Notes under the pieces: generated by a model
Seen by the model: only the letters and a program-made list of their open reading frames with translations
What the model was told of the DNA's origin: nothing
Databases searched by the model: none
Source of the DNA: Malacoraja senta
Taxonomy: Eukaryota
Reading direction: 5' to 3'
Assembly: GCA_038087875.1 (NCBI GenBank)
Contig: CM075999.1
Location: forward strand, 372,001-434,000
DNA length: 62,000 bases
Program-made: the position numbers and the translations under genes
Shown here: piece by piece, positions 1 to 12,057 of the stretch
Layout: the number at the start of each line of letters is the position of its first letter
Position numbering within the stretch: the first letter of the stretch is position 1

Positions 1-670
1 CTTTCCACGGTGGGGTTTCTAGAATTAAGAACATGCCTTCTGAATGAATATGAAGAAGGAGGGTTGTGACTCTGGAATTATATACTCGGAAGAGCTATTG
101 AATCCTACCCCCACCTCTTTTCCAACTCCCCCCCCATCCCCCCCACTACAATCAGTCTGAAGTAGGGTCCCAGTCCGAAATATCACCTATCCATGTGCTG
201 CAGAGATCTGCCCGAGTCACTGGGTTACTCCAGCACTTTGTGGGGAGTTTTAAACCATCAACTCCAGTTCCTCATTTCTCCATTGAATCTATTCCTGGTG
301 ACATTTGAACTACAAGAAGGTCAACTGGTGTGGAATTTTCCATATTCAGTGGAAAAGCGGTGTTGAGGCCCAGATTAGATCAGCTATGGTTTTATTGAAT
401 GGTAGAGTAGATAGATGAGCTGTTTGGCCTTCACCTGCACCTAGTTCTTAAGTTCTTCTGTGCTGGGATCTGCACAAAATGTGTTTCGGTATAGACGGGA
501 CTGGATTAGGTTTATTATTGTCACATGTACCGAGGTTTGAAAAGCTTTGTTTTGCACTCTATCCAAACATATGAGATAATGCTATACATAAGTACAATCA
601 AGCTCAACTCACGTACATAGGTAGAGCAGAGGAAAATACACTTAGTGCAGGATATATAATTCTCAGCATT

Positions 671-1378
671 ATACGATACGATACGATACGCTATTACTTT
701 ATAGTCAGAACAAAGTCTGAAATTTGTTTTGCATCGCAGCAGCTCCATTTACAGCATCACATAAAAGATAAAAGAGACTTGAAAAGTCATGCATTAAGAC
801 ATCAAGACAGGACCCCAAAATACATACATTCAACACAACATTACAATAACAGAAGACAACATTTGAGGCCCATCAGCGTGCATCTGATCTGGGATTAAGC
901 GCCGTATTTAGTTCGAGGATTGACTGGTGCACAAAAGAGTGCTTCAGTCTAACCTTATTAAACTTTGGAACCCTATATCTCCGGTTTGATGGTAACAAAT
1001 TGTACTCACTGTTCAGAACGTGGTTGGGGTCAGAAGAAATATTGTTGGCCATCCTTAGTATGTTTTTATGGTAGGATGATTCATACAATTTTTGAAGTGG
1101 TTGACCTACAATCTTTGAGCAGATTTTTAATTGCTGGAGCAGTTTTGATTTTGTAGTAGCAGACAAGCTCTTGTACCATGTAATCTTACAGCATTGCAAA
1201 ACACTCATTATCACAGCGGTAAAAAATAACAAAAGGATTTGTCCTTGCTCCGAAAGATCTAAGTCGGCGGAGAAACCAGATTCTTTGTTTTGTCTTATTG
1301 CAAATCTTATCAATGTGGTCATTCCATGATAACTGATGATCTATCGTTACCCCCTAGTATTTAAATGAAAATACCTGC
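671..1378 (-). mobile_element. Rex1/Babar-type LINE, 3' fragment (degenerate RT C-terminus)
   Basis: ORF 873-1322 reads FFTAVIMSVL..ITWY..LQQLKICSKIVG..DPNHVLN..LLPSNRRYR..RLKHSFVHQSI..LN, typical of a Rex1-like ORF end. It ends in an (ATACG)n microsatellite tail at about 671-690. Boundaries approximate. Confidence 0.7.
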
Positions 1379-2039
1379 TTTTTATAGCACACCAGTTCCA
1401 GAAACAAGGTCCATTGTCCAAATGGGGCAGAGGTGAATCAGGCAGTACCCTCATTAATGGAAGGACCATGCAGAAGCCTGATAACAGAGGGAAAGAAGCT
1501 GTCCCTGCTTCTGGTGGTGTGCACTTTCAAGCTTCAGTACCTTCTGCCTTATGAGAGCAGATAGAAGAAAGAATGGCCATTGTGGGACAAGTCTCTGTGG
1601 GGCAAGGCTGCGTAATGTTCATGCAAAGTACAAAGAGTTCATCGCCTATTCCTTTGCTCCATAGATGCTGCCTCGCCCGCTGAGTTTCTCCAGCATTTTT
1701 GTCTACTTTCATCCATGGACTATCAGTGAAGTAAGTTGATTGAATAGAATGTTTAAGCAATTAATAACATTCCAAACATTTGTGTTAAAACAAAGTTGCA
1801 AAACCAATCAACATTTCCTGGGTTGGGCGAGGGAGGCATATAGTTGTGCAATCTGCTGTCTTCACATTCGATGTACAGGACAGTGTTTCCATGTGTTATC
1901 CAAGAAGGAATCAGGGAATGCATTGTGCATCTCCATCCACATTGGAGACACAAGGAACTGCAGATGCCACTACAACAGCTGTGAGTAGAAAGCACAGAGA
2001 CATGATAGTCAGCGGGAGGGTGGACTCCAGGTGCGACTG

Positions 2040-4420
2040 AAGTGAGGGCTACTTCGGCACTCCATGCCAGCATACTTCTAGCTGGGTTTCAATTACTCGA
2101 GAACAAGCTTGATGAGCTTAGAGCAAGACTGCTGCTTCAAAAGGAGATCAGAGGCTGCTATGTTCTTTACTTCACTGAAACATGGTTCAGCCCTGATTCT
2201 CCTGATCCTGCTGCATATGGAATGAGTGGTGCCTAATGTTGCCTTGCAAAGGCCAATGGGAAAATACAAAGTAACAGAGAATGTAATCAATCATCATGGG
2301 ATCATAGACATTGACAATGTCTCTCGCAAACCTTTAACTCCTTTCTCTTATTAAATGCGGGTATTTGATGCATTGATGATGTGACTGTGGTCAAAACCGT
2401 CAAGAGGCGTGCCAATCAGAAACCTTGGCTAACTGGGGAAGTTTGTTCTCTGCTGAGAGTCCGAAATGCTGCATTCAAATCTGGGGACAACGCAGCATAC
2501 AAATTGGCATGGAGAAATCTGTCCCGGGGGATCAGGGAAGCGAAGAGGCGATATGCACAAAAACTAAACAGCCACTTCACAAACGACAAAGACACACGTC
2601 GCTTATGGCAGGGATTTCATACCATCACTGACTACAAGCCCCCCCCTCCCCCCCCCCCCCACTGCTGATATGCCAAAATGACCCCTCTCTACCAGACGAA
2701 CTAAACAAGTTTTATGCACGTTTTGAGGCTAAAAATACCACTCAGACACAAGCACTCCTGCCATCACGCAGCGACCAGTCACTCAGGCTGTCCACAGCTG
2801 GAGTTAAAAAGGCCTTCGCCAGCGTCAATCCACGCAAAGCTGCAGGGCCGGACAACATCCCTGGACGCGTTTAAAGGGACTGTGCAGAGCAACTGAAAGA
2901 TGTCTTTGCAGACATTTTTAACATCTCACTCAGCCAGGCAGCAGTGCCCAACTGCCTCAAAAGTGCCATCATCGTTCCCGTCCCGAAGAAGCCCAACCCA
3001 GCCTGTCTCAATGACTTTCGTCCAGTGGCTCTCACACCCATATTAATGAAGTGTTTTGAGTGGCTGGTCATGCAGCACATCAAAAACTGTCTCCCTGCCA
3101 ACCTGGACCCACTACAGTTCGCTTACAGAACCAAGAGGACGCAGTCTCTACAACACTCAACCTCGCACTATCACATCTCGACCAGAAGAACACCTATGCC
3201 AGGATCCTCTTCATAGACTTCAGCTCAGCTTTTAATACAATCATCCCACAGCAGCTGGTGGAAAAGCTGAAACTGTTGAAGGTGGACACTGGCACCTGCA
3301 ATTGGGTCCTTAACTTTTTGACGCAGCGGCAGCAGACAGTAAGGGTCGGCAGCCGTACATCAAGAACCATCGCAGTGAGCACTGGCTCACCCCAAGGCTG
3401 TGTCCTAGGCCCCCTGCTGTTCAGTCTGCTTACTCATGACTGCACTGCCAGACTCAGCAACAATTATATCAATAAGTTCGCTGATGACACAACAGTGGTG
3501 GGTCTCATCAGTGACAACAATGAGTCGGCATACACGATGGAGGTGGAGCTGCTTACAGAGTGGTGCAGATCTCACAACCTCACCCTCAACGTGGATAAGA
3601 CGAAGGAGATGGTGATTGATTTCAGGGGGGCTGGCAAACACCATCATACACCGCTGCATATTGATGGTGCTGCTGCGGAGAGGGTTAGCAGCGTGAAGTT
3701 CCTGGGAGTTCACCTGGCGGACGACCTGACCTCAATGACCAACACCACAGCAGTCATCAAAAGAGCACAGCAGCGGCTCCACCCTCTCCGGAGACTCAGA
3801 AAAGCAGGTCTCCCTACTGTTCACCTAACGACCTTCTACAGGGGCACCATCGAGAGCATACTGACCTACGGCATCACTTCATGGTTTGGGAGCTGCAAGG
3901 CTTACGAACAAAGTCAGCTAAGCAGGATAGTGAAGACAGCCAGTAGGATCATTGGTGCTCCACTCCCTTTCCTGTTGGAGATCTATCAGAAGCGCGGCAT
4001 CTGCAGAGCCATCTCCATCATTAAGGACCCTTATCACCCATCACACCACATCTTTTCCATTCAGCCATCTGAGAAGAGGCACAGGAGTATCAGCTGCAGA
4101 ACCAGCAGGATGCTACACAGCTTCTTCCCACAAGCAATAAAAATGGTTAACGGACTGTGTCCCCTCCCCATACACATACACCCCCACATCTAACCTCGCC
4201 CAAACTTTGACAGCTAGACACCTGTCAAGGTAAAGTCACTGTTCGGTCTGAATGTCTGTTTTTAGTTCAATTTTAGGTCTATTTTAGATATGTTAATTTT
4301 AAAGTTGTATGTATTTATTCTGTTTTTATTAATTGCACTGACAAAAACTGATGAGAAACAATTTTTCGTTTCTTCTGTGTATGTAAGTACTCAGTGAAAT
4401 GACAATAAAGTTAATACTGA
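2040..4420 (+). mobile_element. Rex1/Babar-type LINE, internally deleted and frameshifted
   Basis: APE start SILLA..LENKLDELRARL..YFTETW at about 2060-2200. Then [45 protein letters not shown] and KFADDT, followed by AATAAA and a short repeat tail at about 4405-4425. Confidence 0.85.
2381..4193 (+). pseudogene. LINE reverse transcriptase, split over ORFs 2381-2668, 2944-3216 and 3060-4193
   Basis: RT motifs DFSSAFN, PQG and FADD lie in the 377-aa ORF; upstream pieces are in other frames. Confidence 0.85.
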
Positions 4421-5049
4421 ATACTATTTTACATTTGTGACCTATGTTCCCAATGTATAAATACATTGGCGGAGAGAACAAAGAGTTTCAGTATGTTGTT
4501 TCATTGTAAGAATAGTTGCTACATGTTGAAAGGAATTGCCTCAGGGTATGTTCAAGGTGGATTCATTGAACTTTTAAATCATTTAACATTCTGTTGAATG
4601 TTAAGACAGATTCAGATGAAACCTACATGTCACTGTTCAGGTACAACAAATATTCCAGAAATTTTCGCAACTGGATATTTTTCTTTGAACAGCAATTGCG
4701 TTTGGTGTTTATCTGATCGTAATCAGTTTGTATAATAGGTACAAGTGCGCTCAGAGGAGAAAACAGGAAAGATCTGCCGAGATTCTTGACATAGGAGCCT
4801 GCAGATACTGCAATTGAGAACAAAAAACAAAATGATGGAGGAACTCAGCGAACACCTCGCTGCCTGACCCACTGAGTTCTCCCAGCATCTTGTTCTTTGC
4901 TCAAGATATTCCTGGTTTGCTTGAGACTGGTTTCCCTTCAGTTAGTGCTTTTTCACAATAAACAGGGCAATGCTGCTCATGAGTGAAGTGATCAGGGCAT
5001 GGAAAATGACAGACATGTTGAAAAGAAACTTAAGAAATCGAAACAAAAG

Positions 5050-5300
5050 TAGGTTTAGAGATACAGCATGGCAACAGGCCCTTCGGCCCAAACACCCATC
5101 CACACTAGTTCTATGTTCCTCTCTCGAACCCACTCCCTGTGCACTAGGGGACATTTACAGAGACCAATTTACCTACAAACCTGCATGTCTTTGCGATGTG
5201 GAGGGAAATCAGAGCACCCGGAGGAACCTTACACGGTCACAAGGAAAACGTGCAAATTTCACACAGTCAGCCGAGATCAGGATCGAGCCTGGGTTTCTGG
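5050..5300 (-). mobile_element. tRNA-derived SINE (HE1/V-SINE-like), degenerate
   Basis: Reverse-complement similarity to the SINE at 25900-26215 (tgtggagggaaatcagagcacccggagg..acggtcacaagg..tgcaaatttcacacag). Further copies at about 29800-30020, 32600-32700 and 38800-39100. Confidence 0.6.
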
Positions 5301-6695
5301 TAAATAAATCATTGCTGACAATCCACCTCAACATCACACATCCCCTCTCTCCCCATACCGCTTGATGCAACTTTCATCTGGACATTTACCTCCTTCTTAA
5401 ATAAGCCTTTGAGGGAACAGATTGCATCATCTCTGAGCGAAGAAATCGTTTCTCATTAAAAAAAGACGCAAAGTGCTGGAATAACCCAGGTGTCAGGCAG
5501 CATCTCTGGAGAATATGGATAGGTCTGGACCCTTCTTCAAACATCACGTATTATTGCAGAATTACTCCAGCACTTTGTGTCTTTTTGCAGTTTGTTTTCT
5601 CTCCAAAGTCACTTGGATAGGTTTCGAATGGGGAAGGCATTGAGAGATGCAAGATTTGTGTATGTAGGCATCATGTAGGGCATGGACAGGATTGGCCAAA
5701 AAGTCCTGTTCCAGTGCTGTACGCTTCTGTGATTCTGCGCATTAAGGTGAGGGTGATAAATCAGATCATTGTAGACCAGTTAGATTAATATCAGGCTGCC
5801 AGTGAACATACATTAATGCAACGAAAAATGAACACATTAGTTTTCCAACTTCATACTCCCTGAACAGAAGAACACAAAACAATAGGAGCAGGAATAGGCC
5901 ACTCGGCCCCTCAAACCTGCCCTGCCAATCAATGTGATCATGGTTGATTTTCTTATGGCCTCATCTCTTCTTCCATACCAGTTCCCCAAAGTCCTGATTC
6001 TCTACCTTTCATAAATGTATCATCTCCTCATAAACACCTGCTATGATCTCACCTCCCCAAATCCCAAGGCAGAGAATTCCAGAGACTCTCCACCCTGCTC
6101 CACCATGTTTCTTCCCACTCTCACCTCAGACAAAACCACTCATTCTTTTGCCTTGGCCACTCTTTGCCCACGGTCAATAGACAATAGACAATAGACAATA
6201 GGTGCAGGAGTAGGCCATTTGGCCCTTTGAGCCAGCACCGCTATTCAAAGTGATCATGGCTGATCATCCCCAATCAGTACCTTGTTCCTGCCTTCTCCCC
6301 ATATGAACCCAATGCCCTGAGATCAGTTATTAGACACAAAAACCTGGAGTAACTCAGCGGGTCAAACAGCATCTCTGGAGAAAAGGAACAGGTGTTGTCT
6401 CCGGTCGAGACCCTTCTTCTGACCCGTCACAGATCAGTTGTTAGAAGTAGAACAAAAAGGCAACATCTTTAAAATTATCTTTTCAAATGACCAAGAAAGC
6501 AAATTTATTGGAAACAGGGAAAGCCTGGGAATTTTAGTGCATCTTGATGTGTGGGCTAGGTGGCAAGGTAGAGGACAACAGTGACCATTTCAGCCTTAAA
6601 CATAACTGATTGGATCTTGCAATTTTTTTTAGATTAGCACGCTCTATTTAGTAAAATAGTGCTCTAAATATACCATAAAATATATAAAACAGTAC

Positions 6696-7002
6696 TAAAA
6701 TAGTAAGATAAAATGAGAACTTACCAGTTTGAAGTTTGATCTTTATTTTATGAGGAGTTACGATGAGCAATTACGTGAAGAACCCCGCCAGTCCGCATGC
6801 GTGTCAATCTTCAAAGCAGCAGTGTGAAATCACAGATAACAGTAATTGAAGTAACATAGTAAGATTAGAAACCTAGAACTACCAGATGACCTTTGTGATA
6901 TGAGGGTTGGGAGCGGTGGGCACGTAATCGCTCATCGTAACTCCTCATAAAACAAAGATCAAACTTCAAACTGGTAAGTTGTCATTTAATCTTTCTATTT
7001 TA
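6696..7002. repeat. DIRS1 right terminal repeat / internal complementary region (82-bp inverted repeat)
   Basis: 6696-6777 (taaaatagtaag..ttaccagtttgaagtttgatc..ttacgtg) is the near-perfect reverse complement of 6921-7002. Confidence 0.85.
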
Positions 7003-7206
7003 CTTCGGAGTCACGTGAGTGATTCCGTGAAGATTTCAAAGCTCTGTGATTTCATGCCGTAGATACGAATCCAGGCATCTCACTGCATCAATTGACTCAG
7101 GATGAGTGAATAATAAACAATTCATTGAACCATGGCATTGATTTGAATCTGTTAATGGTTTATTTAACAAAGAAAACAATAGCGACCCCTCTCTCCCAGG
7201 GGGAAG

Positions 7207-8170
7207 CTATGAAACAGAACTTAAAATAGAATGGGCGAATAACCCTGGTTCGGTAAGCGGCTTGTTATAGAACCTTTGAAAAGTCAGTTCATTTGACCAT
7301 CCTGCGGCCGCGAGGATATGGTCGAGAGGGACGTCCATTGCCCTCGCTGCGGACGTTGATGCTGCCCTGGTGGAGTGAGATTTAAAACTGTCAGTGCCTA
7401 CTACTGCACAAACCAGAACCTGTTTCAGCCACCTTGAAATGGTCTGAACTGACACTTTCATATGCGGCTTTTTTTGGCTATTAAATAATGCTGATTCCGA
7501 ACCTCTGAGGCTCTTGGTGACCTTGATATAATATTGCAAGTGCGACACTACACACAGCCGTAAATCCGTGGGGTATGCTGAAAATATAAGCTTGAACGCT
7601 GACACCCCTGGTCTGCTGTGCTTAATTAAATCATAAATGTAAAACGTAATGTTATTTCCAGATGATACTATCCTGTCCATTCGCAGCTTCTGCAACGTCT
7701 GGACCCGTTACGCTGAAACCAGCGCCATGAGCATGACCACCTTAAGGGTGATTTTGGGCAAAGACAGGGATGTGGCTGGAGCCCACTGGCGAAGCAGCAT
7801 GAGTACCACACTCACATCCCAGATTTCAGAATACCTGGGCCTGGGGGGATTGGAATTAAAAATACCCTTCATAAACCGGGATATTAAAGGGTTAGATCCT
7901 ACAGAATGTTGTTCCGACCCCAGCCATAAGTATGATGACAGGGCACTCCTGGCTCTATTGATGGCACTATAGCTCAACCCTTCATCAAAATATAGCGTTG
8001 GCAGAAATTCTAGCACATCTGAGATGCATGCCGTGTGATAGTAATGTTCCCCCGTAAGCAGAACACCTCCCATTTCCTGACATGAGAGATGTACTGTTTT
8101 TTGGTACTATCCCTCCAGGCCAAAGTGATCACATCCACAGTACGATCGGATAGTCCAAGCCCCAGGTATG
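7207..8170 (-). pseudogene. DIRS tyrosine recombinase, frameshifted
   Basis: GLSYSAINRARSALS..PRPRYSEIWDV..LKVVMLMALVSA (7708-8073), then KSHSTRAASTS..AAGWS..TFQRFYNKP (7207-7695), giving HxxR and the catalytic Y. Confidence 0.85.
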
Positions 8171-8176
8171 GCCTCC

Positions 8177-9736
8177 TCAGAATCTGCAAATTAACAGATC
8201 AATACGGTCACGTAAAGGATGTTGATCCCCAATTACAGGGTGCACCAGTAGGTCACTACGTTTTGGGACAGCCATAAGAGGCTGTGTTATTATCTCCAAA
8301 ACGAGAGGGAACCATGGCTGTGTAGGCCAGTCGGGTACCACCAAAACTCTTGAGGCGGAGTCCTGCTTGATCTTGAGCAAGCACTGACTGATGAAGCAAA
8401 ATGGGGGAAATGCATATAAAAACATTCCACCCCAGTGTAGTGAGAATGCATCTACCGCTACTGCCCCTGGGTCTGGTTCCCATGAAACATACTTAGGTAA
8501 CTGGTGATTGAGTCTGGATGCAAACAAATCGATATCTGGCATCCCATACCGAACAACAATATCATTAAATAGATCATGATTCAACATCCTTTCTGTGTTG
8601 TCATTGAATTTGCGTGACCTGGTGTCTGCCACCATGTTGAATCTGCCTGGTAGGTAGATAGCTGAAATCCAAATTTTTCTTGTAATACACCAGTGGCAAA
8701 TAAGATTAGCCAATCTATCACAAGATTCCGACCTGATTCCACCCATGTGATTAACATACGCCACTGCCGTAGTGTTGTCAGAAGCTGAATATGCAAGTGA
8801 CGCTTAGTAGTACAATAAGCCTTAAGCCCATAAAATGCTCCCAATAGATCTAAATAGTTAATCCCATGTGATTGAAGAATAAATTCCTCATGCATAGTCC
8901 ATCTGCCTCCACAGCTAGAGATGGTATCAGTAGCACCCCAACCTAGGGCACTAACATCAGTCTGTAAGACAACTGAATGTTCCTCAACCAGAATTTTGCT
9001 GGAGCAACTTGGGATGTTCATTATCCACCACTGCACTTCAGCAATGGCTTCAGCTGGTAATTGCATGGGCCTGTTGAAATGACCTGGATGTATCATGAGT
9101 GCCTGCTCCTTTGCATGTTGTAAATTTTGGTAATGCAAAGGTCCAAACTGTGCACCTGGAAAGGCAGCCACTAATTTGCCAATCAAGCTGGCCACATGTC
9201 TAATTGAAGGTTGTTGCTCCACCATGAGCTTGTTACAGCCTTCAATTAAATCTAATCTATTGCCCCTGGGCAGATGCACCGACATGTGAGTTGAGTTAAT
9301 AGTGAATCCCAAATAATCAATAACTCTAAGTGGTATCAATTTGGATTTAACTGGATGAATGAAAAACCCCAATCTCTCAAACATGAGTTTAACAACTGAA
9401 ACAGATAATTCAGCTGCTTCCCGAGTTTTTCCTATGATAAATTATCATCCAAATAAGCCATTACAATATGACCCTGAGCCCGGAGTAGCCCCAGTACTGG
9501 TTTTAACAGTTTTGTAAATAATCTAGGGGCCGAGGTTAACCCATTAGGCAGTGCTTTAAATTGCCATAATTGCCTCATCCAGCTAAATTTCAAATATCTC
9601 CGATGATCCCTATGAACAGGCACTGAGTAATATGCATCCTTAAGATCTATACATGCCATATAACACCCTCTGGAAATCAGTTATTTGGCAGTAACAAATG
9701 TTTCCATTTTGAAATGTTTATACTGCACAAAAGGAT
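8177..9736 (-). pseudogene. DIRS RT - RNase H - methyltransferase-like polyprotein, frameshifted and 5' truncated
   Basis: LNPFVQYKHFKMET; IDLKDAYY; LPNGLTSAPRLFTK; YLDD; LQTDVSALGWG; IDLFASRLN..DAF..YAFPPF. Confidence 0.88.
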
Positions 9737-9739
9737 TAA

Positions 9740-9753
9740 AAGGCCTGTCTCAC
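9740..9753 (+). repeat. Harbinger left terminal inverted repeat
   Basis: aaggcctgtctcac, 12/14 identical to the MITE TIR agggcctgtcccac and preceded by TAA. Confidence 0.8.
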
Positions 9754-11175
9754 GAGTCTACGGTCATTGGCGGCGAAACGGGAAGAATCTGCTGCCATAG
9801 ACCGCGCACTTGTGAGAACGCACAATTCCGGGGCCGTGCGGCGGTGTTTCCAACACCGCACGGTGCTACAATAAAACCTACACTGTTGAAAAATATATTC
9901 TTACCGCACAACCTCCACCAGTGATGCACGAGTGCGGCACGGCCGCCCGCACGGCCGCCGCCAGTGTGGCTCGAGCACCATGCGTCAAACTTCCACTGCC
10001 ACAGCCTCCGCCAGTGAGGCACGTGTGTGGCACGGCCGCAGGCACAGCCACCGCTACAGCGCCGCGATCAGGACGGCCGCCGCCACAGCCCCTCAGATCC
10101 AAAATGACGTCATCGCAGTCGGCCCGCCCTTTTTCTTTGCTGTTCACGTCCAAACCACGCGAGACCTGAGACTTCAACAGTGTAGCATTTTTACCGCGTT
10201 TTTCAAATGGAGTATTTTGACAGTTGACTAGCAACATGAAGAGAACAAGGAGTGTAAGGAGATCGATGCAGGATAAAGTACAAAAGGTTATTATGGAAAA
10301 CATTCAGGTGCTGGAGGGTCCAGCCACTGGCCCTGCCCCTGCCCCTGCCCCTGCCCCTGCCCCTGCTTCATTACCTGTCCCATCTCCTGCCCCATCTCCT
10401 GCCTCAACTGCTTCCACATCTGCTGCCCCATCTGCTTCTCCATCTGCTGGCCCATGTCCTGCTCCAGCTTATGTCCCTGCATGGGTGTGGAACAGGTCTG
10501 GCTCACAGCCATATAATTTTTCCCGAGAACAAGAGGGGGACCTGGTGGAATGGTATCAGGCCCACCATGAGCTGTACGACAAGACCCACCGTGATTTTAG
10601 GAACAGGGGTCTCCGTAACCTCATAATTGGAGAAAAGGCGAAGGAGTTCCCTGACTGCTCTTGTAAGTACATATTTTTCAGTTTATCTACATTTCTGTGT
10701 TTGTAATTGAGGTTCCAATTCATATTATAAGTTGCTCAACACTTATCTTCATTTATGCTATCTTTTCACAGATGACCAACTGTGCCAATGGCTAAAGAGT
10801 CAGAGGACACGGTTCGGGAAAATATCACAAGGTCTTGGCAAGTCTGGCTCTGGCAGTAGGACACTGACTGACAGAGACCAGTGGATATATGAGAAATGGG
10901 GGTTCGTGCGGGACCACATTGTAAGAGTGCAGAGGAAGGAAAGTTGCAGGAAGGTGAATAACTCAGAAATTATGTGACAATAAATATTAGTTGGCAAGTC
11001 AGTACAAAATATTTTTAACAATGATAACTTGTTCACTTTCCCTGCTACGTCCTGATGGCCTTGCACATTTATGATACGCATTCACTTTCTTCTAGTGTAC
11101 TGTGGGTGTATCAACGTGCGCTGACTCGAGTGAGGGTGAGCCTGATCCGCTAGAGGGACCTTCACATGGACCATC

Positions 11176-12055
11176 TGTAAGTTATTGGGGGCAAATCCTC
11201 CAAAAATCGAAGAACTCGGATAAGGACATGGATATTTTAAAAGGACAAATTTGCTGGCTGCAACGGAAAAAAAACCCCAATCCACAAACCTGTCTGGCCT
11301 GTGGAATTGGGCATCACACACTATGCGAATGATGTGGACAAGAAAGGCTGAGATGGAGATAACGAGATTCTCTTGGATACACAAAGGAAGGAACCAAGCC
11401 TCAGCAGACGGTGGTAAACAGGCCAGCAGTAACACAATCACCATCGGGGATGATAACGATCAGGCTGAGGGATCATGACATCAGCAAACCCCTTATCATC
11501 GGAAGCCTATTGTTCATGCCAGATCGAAACTGGGAAACATCAAAAGAACCCCTTCTATCCAGAGGACCACCTGGGGGTTTCAAAGGAAGCTCAGGTATAA
11601 AACCCAAGTCCAGCCAGAACTCTTTCTCTCTTCCTGCTCTTCCTGCTCTGCTGGACAGCCCGTGAGCCTGCATCAACCTAAGCTGTGAGTACCCCAGACG
11701 ACCTGGTGAAGTTCCCGAAAATAGGATAGAGGTTGAGAGAGAAGGGGAAAGGGGGTGTATTTGTAAAATTGTGTTAAAGTAAGTTTCACGACGTGACCGA
11801 TAGTTTTCCATCCATAGTCTTAGCTTAAAGCATAAGTTTAGCCACGTATTGTGTAGTGTTGGTGAGATCCGATTTCTCATTGTTTAATAAAGCCTGTAAA
11901 TTTTAGACTTGCTTTGAGTCCATCTTGGTTTCTGTTTTCTCTCACCGGCACACTCTGGTCAATTCAACCTTTTTATCATATCCCACCATAATTCCGAGGT
12001 CTAGAACCTAGGGGAACCCCTTTTGTATAATAAAGGGAAACACTAAACCCCTACA
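11176..12055 (+). repeat. 5' LTR (880 bp)
   Basis: Begins tgtaagttattggggg and ends aaacccctaca; direct repeat of 21055-21934. Confidence 0.97.
11596..11602 (+). promoter_or_regulatory. LTR TATA box
   Basis: TATAAAA in the middle of the LTR, followed about 20 nt later by a pyrimidine-rich stretch. Confidence 0.65.
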
Positions 12056-12057
12056 GA

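Larger units (their letters stand above)
6696..9739 (-). mobile_element. DIRS1-like tyrosine-recombinase retrotransposon, 3' part only, decayed
   Basis: RT, RNase H, methyltransferase-like and YR domains occur in order on the minus strand, followed by an ICR/ITR inverted repeat. The RT is cut at 9739 by the Harbinger TIR. Confidence 0.9.

Noticed and set aside
140..240. Recurrent tctgaagaagggtc..cccgaaa..gatgctgcctgacc..gagttactccagca element as a novel ncRNA
   Set aside because: It matches the 3' tail of the Penelope element at 23900-24007, and many dispersed copies occur in the window.
11082..11880. Several 75-135 aa ORFs on both strands in the LTR, duplicated at 20781-21759, as possible accessory genes
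   Set aside because: No recognisable motifs, and several use non-ATG starts. Their duplication only reflects LTR identity. They cannot be fully excluded without data from related viruses.
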